DNA of 64,000 nt from Bryobacterales bacterium (GTDB lineage: Bacteria; Acidobacteriota; Terriglobia; Bryobacterales; UBA6623), in the NCBI GenBank assembly GCA_963422375.2, contig OY729428.2, positions 320,001 through 384,000 on the forward strand. The letters run 5' to 3'. The position numbers and the translations under genes were made by a program. Position 1 is the first letter of the stretch. Each line of letters begins with the position of its first letter. Shown here piece by piece: positions 10,208 to 22,024 of this stretch. The notes beneath the pieces are model-generated. The model saw nothing but the letters and a program-made list of their open reading frames with translations, had not been told where the DNA came from and ran no database searches.

Positions 10208-12001
10208 TCATTCCCACTCGATGGTCGACGGAGGCTTGCTGGAAACGTCGTAGAGCACGGACTCCACGCCGTCGATCGCGAGCAGCCGGTCCGCCAGCGC
10301 CTGCAAGCCCGCCGCGGGCAGCTCCGCCACGGCCGCCGTCATGCCGTCCACCGAGGTCACGGGGCGCAGCGCCACCGACTCCCCGCCGCTGCGGCCCCAC
10401 GGCAGTAGGACCACCGGGCACTGCCAGACCCGGTCGTAGAGGCCCTCGGCTCGCAGGAATTCCGTGACGGCGCGATCCACCTTCTGCAGCGTCCGGATCC
10501 GCCGGCTCGTCAGCGTCGCGCGGCGGAGCGTCCACTGCCCGGGATCCAAGTCGCGGGGCGCGAGGGCGGCCGCGATCCGGTTGGTGCGGCGGAACTCGTT
10601 CGTGATCGCGGTCGAGGCCGGCAGGAGGCGGGCGAAATCGAAGGCTCCTCCGTGGAGCACCGTCAGCCGGGAGTAGCTGCGGCTGTCCCCCTGGACGCCC
10701 ACGCTGCGCAGCGGCAAGAGGCACGCCGCATAACCCCAGCGCCGGGCGGCGGCGGAGATGCCCTCGTCCTCCGCCGGGCCTTGGGCCGAGGGCGCGCAGA
10801 TGCAGCGAATCGCCAGGCCGGGGCCGGGGAACGGATGCCGGTCAAGGAGCCTGGAGGGCAGCCCCAAGGCCCGGCCCAGGGCCCGTACCTCGTCCTTGTA
10901 GAATTCGCACAGCGGCTCCAGGACGCGGCCGGCGGCGATGAGTTCCCGGATGCGCGGCACCCGATTGTGGTGCGTCTTGATGGTGTCGGAGGACTTGGTC
11001 CCGCCCGACTCGATGGTGTCCGGGTAGATCGTTCCCTGCCCCAGCATCCAGCCCCGGCCCGCGTAGCGGTCGGTCCCGAGGATCTCGTCCTGCACGTCGA
11101 CGAAGGCGCGACCGATAATAGCCCGCTTGCGCTCGGGGTCGATCACGCCTTGCAGCCGGTCCATGAACATGGCGGACGCGTCGAACACGCGCAGCCGCCC
11201 CAGGCCGAGAGCGCGGAAGGCTGCCTCGATCTCGGCGGTCTCGCCGTCCCGCATGAAGCCCGTGTCGACATAGAGGGCCTCCACGCCCGCGGCGCCCAGG
11301 GCGCGCACGGCGAGCGCGTAAGCGACCGTGGAATCGACGCCGCCGCTCAGGAAGAACAGGACCCGCCTGCCGGCGGCCGCGTCCCGGATTCCGCGCTCGA
11401 GGGCGGCCACGCGGTCCTCCGGGAGCCAGTCCATGGAGCAGCCGCAGGCATTGCGCAGGAAGTTGGCCAGCATGGCCGAGCCTTCCGGCGTGTGGACGAC
11501 CTCCGGATGGAACTGCAGGCCGTAGGCACCCCGGCCGGAGTGCCCCATCGCGGCCACCGCGCATTCGCTGGTGTCCGCCAGCACGCGGAAGCCCTCCGGC
11601 AGTCCGGCCACGTGGTCGCCGTGGCTCATCCACACGCGGTGCTCCCGCGCCAAGCCGTCGAAGAGGCCCCCCGCGGAGCGGACGCGCAGGGTGGCGCTGC
11701 CGAATTCGTGCGTCTGGCCGCGCTCGACGCGCCCCCCGAGATGGCACGCGATCAGCTGGTGCCCGTAGCAGATGCCGAGCATCGGCTTGCCCAGCGCGAA
11801 CAGGCGCGGGTCCGGCTGCGGGCTGCTCGCGTCGAACACGCTGGCGGGCCCGCCCGACAGGACGATGCCCTTGTGGTCGCGAAAGCGGCTCGCGGGAGAG
11901 CTGACGGGGAAGATCTCCGCGTACGCACCGACTTCGCGGATCTTGCGGGCGATCAGGTGGCAGTACTGCCCACCGGAATCGAGAACTGCGATTCTCTCCA
12001 T
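10208..12001 (-). CDS. guaA: GMP synthase (glutamine-hydrolysing)
   Basis: LGICYGHQ, QFHPEV, SGGVDS, QGTIYPDTIES, IKTHHN, KPPSTIEWE. Confidence 0.97.
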   Translation of the reverse strand: MERIAVLDSGGQYCHLIARKIREVGAYAEIFPVSSPASRFRDHKGIVLSGGPASVFDASSPQPDPRLFALGKPMLGICYGHQLIACHLGGRVERGQTHEFGSATLRVRSAGGLFDGLAREHRVWMSHGDHVAGLPEGFRVLADTSECAVAAMGHSGRGAYGLQFHPEVVHTPEGSAMLANFLRNACGCSMDWLPEDRVAALERGIRDAAAGRRVLFFLSGGVDSTVAYALAVRALGAAGVEALYVDTGFMRDGETAEIEAAFRALGLGRLRVFDASAMFMDRLQGVIDPERKRAIIGRAFVDVQDEILGTDRYAGRGWMLGQGTIYPDTIESGGTKSSDTIKTHHNRVPRIRELIAAGRVLEPLCEFYKDEVRALGRALGLPSRLLDRHPFPGPGLAIRCICAPSAQGPAEDEGISAAARRWGYAACLLPLRSVGVQGDSRSYSRLTVLHGGAFDFARLLPASTAITNEFRRTNRIAAALAPRDLDPGQWTLRRATLTSRRIRTLQKVDRAVTEFLRAEGLYDRVWQCPVVLLPWGRSGGESVALRPVTSVDGMTAAVAELPAAGLQALADRLLAIDGVESVLYDVSSKPPSTIEWE

Positions 12002-12066
12002 GCCACGCGGCTACGCGGGCCCAAACGGGTCAGCAACCACGTCCGGCACGACTCGTCTTATACGAT

Positions 12067-13524
12067 TCAGTCTAGGCGAGGGAGCCGGTCCGGCACAGCG
12101 GTCTCCGGCCGGGCGCGCGCCAAAGGCGCGGGCGGGCTGTAGCGCGAATTCGTCTCGTGCCGGATCGGGACGTTGTCCGTCACCCACCGGTCCAGTTGCC
12201 TCTGGAGCTCGCCGGCCCGGCCGGGCATGGCCGGCGCGAGATCCCGCCGCTCGCCGATGTCGGCCCCGAGGTCGTACAGCTCGAGGGACGGCGGGTCGTA
12301 GAATTCGAGCAGCTTGAATCCGCCGGACAGGATCGCCGCCCCCGGAGCCTTCGCCTGGGGGCTGTAGTGCGGGTAGTACCAGTACAGGTCGCGCGGCACC
12401 CACTCGCCGGTTTCGATCAGGGCCGCGAGGCTCCTGCCGTCCAGCGAGGGGAAGCGCCCTAGGTCCAGGCCGGCCGCCTCCGCGAGGAACGGATACAGGT
12501 CCGCGTTGGTCACCGCCCGCTCGATCACGCTGCCCGGCTTGCCGTGGCCCGGCCAGCGCACGATCAACGGCACGCGGATACCCCCTTCGTACAGGTGGCC
12601 CTTCCCTGCCCGCAGCGGCGCGTTGTCGGTGACCGTCGACAGGCCGCCGTTGTCGGACGCCACGACCACCACGGTGCGCTCCGCGAGGCCGAGGTCCGCC
12701 AGCGCGTCCAGGATCCTGCCGACGCTGGCGTCGACGGTCTCCACCATCGCGGCGTAGACCGCGTTGCGCCCGGGAAACCCGCGCTCGATCTTGGCCTCGT
12801 ACTTGCGCACCAAGGCCTCGGGCGCCTGCAGCGGCACGTGCACCGCGTAGTGCGACAGGTAAACGAAGAAGGGGCGGTCTCGGTTCGCCTCGATGAACGC
12901 GATCGCCTCGTCGGTCAGGCGGTCCGTCAGGTACTCCCCCGGGGCGCCGGCCGATAGGTCGAGATTCGGCATGTCCGGATTCCACGCCTGGCCCGGGTTG
13001 CGGTAGGGATAGAAGTAGCCCGCGGGGCTGCCGTGGGTGTGGCCGGCCACGTTCACGTCGAAGCCTTGGCTGGCGGGCCAGTAGGGCTCGTCCCCGAGAT
13101 GCCACTTGCCGATGCTGGCCGACACGTATCCGGCCTCCGACAGCGCCTCCGCAAGCGTCAGATGCTCGTGGCGGAGGTGCATGTAGTCCTCGGGAGGCAC
13201 GACGGCGCCGGTCTCCGGGTACCGGTGGCGTCCGATCGCGGTGATGTGGCCCGTGAAGCCGACCCGGCCGGGGTACTGGCCGGTCAGGAGCGCGGCGCGG
13301 CTGGGCGAGCAGACCGGGCAGTTCGCGTAGGCCTGCGCGAAGCGAGCCCCGGCCGAGGCGAGGGCGTCGATGCGAGGCGTCTCGTAGAACGCCGAGCCCT
13401 GGCAGCCCAGATCCATCCAGCCCAGGTCATCGACGAGGACGAGGACGACGCCGGGCGGAGCGGAAGGCCCCCCGGCCGCGCAGCCGACCGCGGCTAGGAC
13501 GGCCAGAAGCGCCCCGCAACCCAC
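12067..13524 (-). CDS. sulfatase (arylsulfatase A-like); start approximate
   Basis: VDDLG, FGly motif CSPSRAALLTG, GKWHLG, SDNGG, YEGGIRVP. Confidence 0.9.
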   Translation of the reverse strand: MGCGALLAVLAAVGCAAGGPSAPPGVVLVLVDDLGWMDLGCQGSAFYETPRIDALASAGARFAQAYANCPVCSPSRAALLTGQYPGRVGFTGHITAIGRHRYPETGAVVPPEDYMHLRHEHLTLAEALSEAGYVSASIGKWHLGDEPYWPASQGFDVNVAGHTHGSPAGYFYPYRNPGQAWNPDMPNLDLSAGAPGEYLTDRLTDEAIAFIEANRDRPFFVYLSHYAVHVPLQAPEALVRKYEAKIERGFPGRNAVYAAMVETVDASVGRILDALADLGLAERTVVVVASDNGGLSTVTDNAPLRAGKGHLYEGGIRVPLIVRWPGHGKPGSVIERAVTNADLYPFLAEAAGLDLGRFPSLDGRSLAALIETGEWVPRDLYWYYPHYSPQAKAPGAAILSGGFKLLEFYDPPSLELYDLGADIGERRDLAPAMPGRAGELQRQLDRWVTDNVPIRHETNSRYSPPAPLARARPETAVPDRLPRLD

Positions 13525-13743
13525 GGGAGCCGCGGGGGAGCGCTTGCAATGCGCGCGCCTCTTGGGCGATACTGGGTTGGAGGGGAGCTTTCCCCGAACC
13601 TTGATCCCGCAAGGAGCGGGCCAGCAATCCTGCTCGCGCGGCCGCCCTAGCATTCGGGTCAGCGGATCTGATCACTGCCAATGCAGGCTAGCAGCTCGTC
13701 TGCGACCCGCAGCACCATCAGAAAACGGAGGAATCATACCACT

Positions 13744-14034
13744 ATGGCGATCCAGCCCCTAGGCAACCGCATCGTTGCCCAGCGCATCGAGGAAGAAGTG
13801 CAGTTCTCGGGCGCCATCATCATCCCGGACTCCGCGAAGGAGAAGGGCCAGTCCGCGAAGGTCGTCGCGGCCGGTCCGGGCACCAAGAAAGACGACGGTA
13901 GCGTCGTGCCGCTCGACGTGTCGGCCGGCGACACCGTGATGATCGGCAAGTACGCCGGGAACGAAATCAACGTCGACGGCACGGACTACGTGATCTTGAC
14001 CGAGGACGACATTCTCGGAGTGGTCGAGGACTAG
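13744..14034 (+). CDS. groES: co-chaperonin GroES
   Basis: [42 protein letters not shown]. Confidence 0.97.
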   Translation: MAIQPLGNRIVAQRIEEEVQFSGAIIIPDSAKEKGQSAKVVAAGPGTKKDDGSVVPLDVSAGDTVMIGKYAGNEINVDGTDYVILTEDDILGVVED

Positions 14035-15714
<1,680 letters not shown>

Positions 15715-15989
15715 TCGTTTCCGCAGATCCTGCCGCGCGCCGGCGCGAACGCCGGCGCGCGGCCAAGGAGAACCGGTAAGGTCGCAGCCTCTCGGCCCCG
15801 CGGGCGGCAGGCCGAGCCTTTTCCCGCTCGACAGGGGGGCGCGCCAGCAACCGGAAGCGCGGTCCGCCGGCTGTCGAGTGCAGCCGGGATTCACGTCGCG
15901 ATGGGAGCGAAGCGGGTCGGCGCAGACCGTGCAATCCGAAGGTACTGCTTGCAATCTGCACGGAACGACCGCGGGGTTGCAGCGTCGTC

Positions 15990-17129
15990 GAGCGCGATAC
16001 TACGCCGGCGCGGCCGCTTCGAGCAGTGCTCGTTCGTCACCGTGACCGGCCCCCGGCATTCCCGCAAGACCACTCTCTGCCGCCGGGAGTTCGCGCGCCT
16101 CCGCTACGTTGATCTGGACGAGCCGAACAGGCGCGACTTCGCGGAGACCGATCCCGTCAGATTCCTGGACCAAGTCGGCACGGGCACCGTTCTGGACGAA
16201 ATCCAGCGCGTCCCGAGGCTCGTGCCCTATCTGGGTCTCCTGTCCGACCGCGACGAGCGCAAGAGCCTGTTCGTGCTCGCATCCAGCGAGCAGTTCGGAC
16301 TCTCCTAGGCGAGCGCCGAGACGCACGCGGGGCGCACGGCCCTGCAACGGTTGCTGCCTTTCTCGCAAGCCGAAGCGCGACAGGCCGGCGCGAGCCAGCG
16401 GATGGACCACATTCCGCTTGCGGACTGCTACCCGCGCATCCACCCCAGGCAACTCGGCGCCTGACCCGCGCCGGGAGACCATCTCGGGACCTACGTGGAG
16501 CGCGACGTCCGACACATGGGGGGATCCGCAACTTCCCGAGCTTCCGTCGGTTCGCCCGCCTGTGCGCGGGTCGCACGGGGCAGATCATCAACCTGACCGC
16601 CTTGGGAGCAGACGTCGGTCTCCCACGCGACGGCTCGCCAGTGGCTGTCCGAGCAGGAAGCCAGCCTTGTCGCATCCCGGCTTCCTGCGTACTCAGCGAA
16701 CATCCGAAGGCACCTAGCCACAACGCGCATCCTCTGTTTCTACGATGTCGGTCTTGCACGCCATCTCGTCGGCATCGAGAACGCGAGGCAGGTCTCGAGA
16801 ACGCCGTGGTGGCAGAGACCCTTGAGCACCGCTCCAATCAAGGCCACCGCTCGAATCTCTCGATCTTCCGTGATGCCCGATGCATCGAGTGCGATCTGCT
16901 GTACGCGATCGGCGACGCGATCGCCGCCATCGAGATCAAGCCTGGCCGAACCGTTGCGTCCGACTGGTTCCGCGCCCTCGAGCATGTCGCGCATGCCTTC
17001 TCGCGAATCGTTGCGACGTCAGTCGTATGTGGCGGCACGGACCGGCAGGTCGGGGCCGGGGGCGAGATCGCGCGCGTGTCCAATCTGGCGCGGCTGCTCG
17101 GTCGCTTCGAGAGTGCCCGCGACGTATGA
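15990..17129 (+). pseudogene. AAA+ ATPase / DUF4143 protein with several stops and frameshifts
   Basis: Degenerate Walker A TGPRHSRKTTL, LDEIQRVP, TYVERDV, FYDVGL, ECDLL...IEIK spread over different frames. Confidence 0.8.
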
Positions 17130-17323
17130 GGAGAGCCGACGCCGACGGGCCGTCACCGCGACGAAGGGCACCGCAGCCGACTCGGCAACAGACCTTCGAT
17201 TGATCCTGCTTGCCGGTCTTCATCAGACCGGAGGCACCCGGGCATCGACCCGCAGACTCCGGGGAGATCCCGCTCGGCGGACGGTCCGGCGTCCCACCGC
17301 GCCCGGGCGCGCTCTGCCTCCGA

Positions 17324-18778
17324 TCAGACGATCGTCCGACGGTCGGACTCGACTTCCTCGAACCATTCCTCCAGCATCGAGAGCATCCTCCGTGCGCGGT
17401 CCGGATGCGACCCGGCGAGATTCCGAGTCTCCGACGGATCCTCGCGGAGGTTGTAGAGCTCGGGCGGCTCCGGGTCGAGCCGCGTGAGCCGCGGAACGGG
17501 CAGGACGTCCCGCACGAGGGCCGGGTTCTCCTTGTGCTTCAGGTCGGCCTCGACGAAAGCCGCGGTCCGCGCCCGGTCCCCGTCCGAGACGCAGAGGTCG
17601 TCCCTGAAGAATCGAGTGCCCCGAATCATCGGCCTCACCAGCTTCCAGTCGCCGTCCCTGACGGCGGCGTTGGTGCCGACGTCCGGCGAGTAGAAGTTCC
17701 ACTGCCAGAACCTGCGCGGCTCGACCTGCATCGGCATTCCGGTCAGGATGGCCGAGAGGTCCTGGCCGTCCATCGGAGGGCCCGGCGGGCGATGAACGCC
17801 CGCGAGCGACAGCAGCGTCGGCATCCAGTCCGTGAAGTGCGCCAGGACGTCCAGCATCTTCCCCGGCCCCACAGTTCCGGTCCAGCGCAGCACCATCGGC
17901 ACGCGGATCCCGCCTTCGTAGATCCAGCCCTTGCTGCCTCGCAAGCCTGCGTTGTATCTCTCGTTGAAGGTCGGCTCGCCTTCGTCGAGCATGTAGGGCG
18001 GGTTGAAGAAGGCAGGGCCGTTGTCGCTGGTGAACGCGACGATCGTGTTGTCGGCGAGCCCTTCCGTGTCGAGCGTATCCAGGATGCGCCCGATGCCTGC
18101 GTCCATGCGCTCGATCATCGCGTAGGTGGTGGCGACGATGCGGCTGAAGCCCCGATCGCGGTACGGCGCGATCCACTCCGCGCCAGCTTGGAAGGGAGAG
18201 TGCGGCGCGCTGTAGGGCAGGTACAGGAAGAACGGCGCACTCCTGTTCCTGAGGATGAATGAAACTGCCTCCTGGGTGAGCAGGTCGGTCATGTAGTGTC
18301 CCCGGCCCGGCTGGATACTGTGATTGCGACGCAGGAAGTAGCGATAGTAGTCCGACCACCCACCGCAGAAGCCGGTGAACTCCTCGAATCCCCGGGCGTT
18401 GGGCTCGAATCGGGGGTCAAACGTGCCGTTGTGCCACTTGCCTACGAGGCTCGTGCGGTAGCCAGCGGCGAGGAAGGCATCCGCGACCGTGATCTCGCGT
18501 AGCGCGATGCGGTCCAAGCCGTGGATCTCGTGCTGGGTGATCGCCCCGGTTCGGTGGGGATACCGACCGGTCAGCAGCGCCGCGCGCGCCGGCGCGCAAA
18601 TCGGCGAGGCCGAGTAGTGCTGCCGGAACGAGGTCCCCTCGCTGACAAGCCGGTCCAGGTGCGGCGTCCGGACCGCGCCGTCGCCAAAGCACCCGAAGTC
18701 CCCGTAGCCCATGTCGTCGGCAACGATTAGGATGACGTTCGGTCGGCTTGGATTCATCGCAACGGTCTCCGGGCTCAC
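17324..18778 (-). CDS. sulfatase
   Basis: PNVILIVADDMG, CAPARAALLTG, GKWH, SDNG, YEGGIRVP. Confidence 0.9.
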   Translation of the reverse strand: MSPETVAMNPSRPNVILIVADDMGYGDFGCFGDGAVRTPHLDRLVSEGTSFRQHYSASPICAPARAALLTGRYPHRTGAITQHEIHGLDRIALREITVADAFLAAGYRTSLVGKWHNGTFDPRFEPNARGFEEFTGFCGGWSDYYRYFLRRNHSIQPGRGHYMTDLLTQEAVSFILRNRSAPFFLYLPYSAPHSPFQAGAEWIAPYRDRGFSRIVATTYAMIERMDAGIGRILDTLDTEGLADNTIVAFTSDNGPAFFNPPYMLDEGEPTFNERYNAGLRGSKGWIYEGGIRVPMVLRWTGTVGPGKMLDVLAHFTDWMPTLLSLAGVHRPPGPPMDGQDLSAILTGMPMQVEPRRFWQWNFYSPDVGTNAAVRDGDWKLVRPMIRGTRFFRDDLCVSDGDRARTAAFVEADLKHKENPALVRDVLPVPRLTRLDPEPPELYNLREDPSETRNLAGSHPDRARRMLSMLEEWFEEVESDRRTIV

Positions 18779-18817
18779 GGACGGGTATCATACTGGAATC
18801 TACCTACGGAGAATCGC

Positions 18818-20173
18818 ATGAAGGCATCGCAGCCCACTAACCGTCGCCGCTTTATCGGAGCCGCCGCAGGCAGCTTGCTGCTGGTCCCTGGCGCCCGCCC
18901 CGCCACCGGCCCCCGCAGGGTCGCTGTCGTCGGGCCGGGCTGGTACGGCAAGATCGACCTGTTCCGCCTCATCCAAGTCGAGCCGGTCGAGGTCGTGGGC
19001 CTGTGCGACGTGGACAGCCGGTCGGTCAAGGCGGCGGCCGAACTGACGGCGACCCGCCAGAAATCGGGCAAGACGCCCCCGACCTACGGCGACTACCGGG
19101 AGATGCTGCGGCACGAGGAGCCGGATCTCGTTCTGGTCGCGACGCCGGACCACTGGCACGCCCTGCCCATGATCGCGGCCTGCCAAGCCGGAGCGGACGT
19201 GTACTGCCAGAAGCCCATCGGCGTCGATATCCGCGAGTGCCAGGCGATGCTCGCCGCGGCGCGGAAATACGAGCGTGTAGTGCAAATCGGTCTCCAGCGC
19301 CGCTCGACACCGCATCTGGTCGACGCGAAGAAGCGAATCGTCGAGGACGGGCTGCTGGGAGACATCGGTCACGTAGAAGTCTGCTGCTACTACCACATGC
19401 GCGCGACCGCTAGCCCGCCGGACACTGAACCGCCGCCGCACCTGGACTACGATTTCTGGACCGGTCCGGCGCCAATGCGACCGTACAACGAGCTCTGCCA
19501 TCCCCGCCGGTGGAGGGCCTTCATGGAGTACAGCAACGGCATCATGGGCGACATGTGCGTCCACATGCTCGACACCGTGCGATGGATGCTGGGCCTTGGC
19601 TGGCCGAACCGGGTCTCTTCCACGGGCGGGATCCTCGTGGAGAAGGACAGCAAGGCCAACACCGCGGACTCGCAGGTCGCCACCTTCGAGTACGACAGGT
19701 TCCCGGTGGTGTGGACGCACCGCAGCTGGGGCACACCGCCGGATCCCGCCTACCCCTGGGCGTTCTTCATCTATGGCTCCAAGGGCACGCTGAAGGGCAG
19801 CGTCCATGGCTGGGACTTCGTCCCGGTCGGGAAAGGCGCCTCCCCGCTCCAAGGCAGGAACAAGCAGGAGGTCGACCAGTATCCCGAGGACAGGACCGAG
19901 GCCGACCTCGAGCTGCATTCCGCCCACGCGGTCCGCTACCACATGAAGGACTGGATCCAAGCAGTGAACGAGCGCTCGCGGCCCGTGGCCGATATCGAGG
20001 AGGGTCACATCTCGACGACGGCCTGCATTCTCGCCAACCTGTCTATGCAGCTGGGCCGACCTCTCGCGTGGGACGAACAGCGAGGCGAGGTGCGTGGCGA
20101 CAGGTCAGCGAACGCGCTGCTGGCCCGGCCCTACCGCAAGCCTTGGAAGCATCCGGATCCTGCCCAAGTCTGA
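18818..20173 (+). CDS. Gfo/Idh/MocA oxidoreductase with Tat-like signal
   Basis: NRRRFI, ATPDHWH, CQKP, QIGLQRRS, GDMCVHMLD. Confidence 0.9.
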   Translation: MKASQPTNRRRFIGAAAGSLLLVPGARPATGPRRVAVVGPGWYGKIDLFRLIQVEPVEVVGLCDVDSRSVKAAAELTATRQKSGKTPPTYGDYREMLRHEEPDLVLVATPDHWHALPMIAACQAGADVYCQKPIGVDIRECQAMLAAARKYERVVQIGLQRRSTPHLVDAKKRIVEDGLLGDIGHVEVCCYYHMRATASPPDTEPPPHLDYDFWTGPAPMRPYNELCHPRRWRAFMEYSNGIMGDMCVHMLDTVRWMLGLGWPNRVSSTGGILVEKDSKANTADSQVATFEYDRFPVVWTHRSWGTPPDPAYPWAFFIYGSKGTLKGSVHGWDFVPVGKGASPLQGRNKQEVDQYPEDRTEADLELHSAHAVRYHMKDWIQAVNERSRPVADIEEGHISTTACILANLSMQLGRPLAWDEQRGEVRGDRSANALLARPYRKPWKHPDPAQV

Positions 20174-20884
20174 GGCTTTGCCCCGGAGCGGAGACTGTCC
20201 TGGACCGCCACGCAGCCCCAGTACATCAATTGCCGGCATCGTCACCGGGCAGGGGAAGGGTGGGGACGCAAGCGACGCCATCCGGCCCGGCCAATGCAAG
20301 CGGCCCCACCGCTCCTGAGCGAAGCGCGTCTCCATCGTAACGGCCGCTCAAGGTTGATTCAGCGGGTCAACGAGTCCAATCCCCTCGCCTCCCAGCTAGC
20401 CGAGGGCCACACGAACGGATCTGAGCCGCTCCCCGACCAGTTCCGCGAAACGGCCCGGAGCCCCGCCAGGCGATGCCACTTCCGTGAATCGATGGTACAA
20501 GTCCATGCCGAAGGGCTGGCGCACGAGTCGAGACATCATCCGGCCCCCTGCCTGCGGACTCGGGCCCTCCGCTCTTTGCCCCTCGCGATCCCCGACAGGC
20601 CCTTGACGGCCTCGACCAGACTGGACCGAGCATACATCTTGCTAGAATTCGTCAAGGAGGCCTAACGCCGGTCCGTCCCGCAGCGTCCGAACTTGCGCTC
20701 CACCGAATGCGTGTTACACTAGATCCACCGTAGGGTTCCGTCGAACGCGCTGCGGTGCCGGGTCAGCTTGTACTGGGCGGAATTGCAGCCGACGTGCTGC
20801 AAGCACAGATTTCGACAGCAATGCTGATGAAGGCTTTATCGTCTTGGGGTGTGCTTGATCATGACTAGGAGCGACTCGGAAAAC

Positions 20885-21647
20885 ATGCCCGAAGCGGAGG
20901 GTCCCTTCAACAAAGTCGACGATCCAACGCATGACAGCCAAGGCCGCCCGGGCGACGAGATTCCCTTCTCAGATCCATAACAGGACCTGATTACCCACAA
21001 GACTCAGCCAAGGTTAGGAGGAGGTAAGGCATGGGCGGGGTGCGCACGGAGGCGTGGAGCAGGCGGGGGACCAGCGCCTCCAGATCGTAGCGGCGGTTGA
21101 AGCGGTAGCGGAACTCGGCGAGGTAGCTGCCAGAGCTTGCGGGAGCGGATGCGGCAGTGCCGTCGGGAGCCGCACTCCGGGCAGCGGAAGCCGTCCGGCC
21201 GGCGGGCCTTGAAGACGGCCTGCTCGCATTGCCCCTCGCTGCCGTAGCGCTGCAGGAACTTGCCCGGGCTGAGTCCCTGCTGGAATTGCACGCGATTGCG
21301 TTTCATCAGCTATCCCCTTTCCTGTCAGAGGTTTCCGACCTCCTCCAGTATAGCATATCGTCGGCTGAAGTTCGTTGGTAATCAGGTAACAGGAAGCCGC
21401 TGAGCCGACGGTTATCCATTTCAAGGTCAACGGCGAGGAACAAGAGAGCGAACGCCGTCCACTGACAGTAGAAGAGATCTTGCTGAATGCCGGTCATCCG
21501 GCTGGCTTCGATCCAACAAGGCCTGGCAACTACTACTTGCAGCTATCGTCCAATGATCGCAAATACTGAACTCTTTCCGATCAAGTTCTACTCAGTGAGG
21601 CTGACCATTTTCTAGCAGTTCACAGCGGTCGAACTCCTGTCACATGA
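20885..21647 (+). pseudogene. ubiquitin-like (multi-ubiquitin-domain type) protein, IS-interrupted, with two in-frame stops
   Basis: Manual translation after removing the IS: MPEAEG...DP*QEAAEPTVIHFKVNGEEQESERRPLTVEEILLNAG...YYL...KY*TLSDQVLLSEADHFLAVHSGRTPVT. The stop overlaps the next ATG (ATGA). Not in the ORF track. Confidence 0.7.
20986..21386 (-). mobile_element. IS1595-family element B, 401-bp deletion derivative
   Basis: Both CCTGATTACC ends present, TSD TAACAGGA. Only the 5' and 3' ends of the transposase remain. Confidence 0.92.
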
Positions 21648-22024
21648 ATTCCGCAACGAAAATTTCCGAAGAAATTTCTTCGCTCGGGTACTGCCCCAGA
21701 GTCTTGCTCCAATCCACGTTCAACAGATGCGATTTAGTGATTTTCCACTATGATGTCATGACTGGACGATACAAGGGTAACACCTTTGACATATTCTTGG
21801 CGAATGAAGCAAATATATATCCCGAGTATCCGCCGCATTTTGTCGGTATATCTGAATTGAGTGACCATAGAATTCCCCTTTATACCTCCGTTGATGTTGA
21901 CGGACGCAGTTGGGCCGTCTTTAGTTGCCCACCGAATGACTTCTGGGACGATCTCAGGCCAGAAGACAAGAACATGCGCACCTAGATCAGGCGACATCTT
22001 GCAAGGTTCTGGGATCAATTATGA
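21644..22024 (+). pseudogene. E2/UBC-like protein with premature TAG at 21983
   Basis: YPEYPPHF, WAVFSCPPNDFWD. Reading through the TAG gives IRRHLARFWDQL* with an ATGA overlap to the next gene. Confidence 0.65.

Noticed and set aside
13645..13720. Possible CIRCE upstream of groES (CTAGCATTC half-site)
   Set aside because: No matching second half-site at 9-bp spacing.
20294..20880. Possible regulator upstream of the Ubl operon
   Set aside because: The ORFs show no HTH or peptidase motif.
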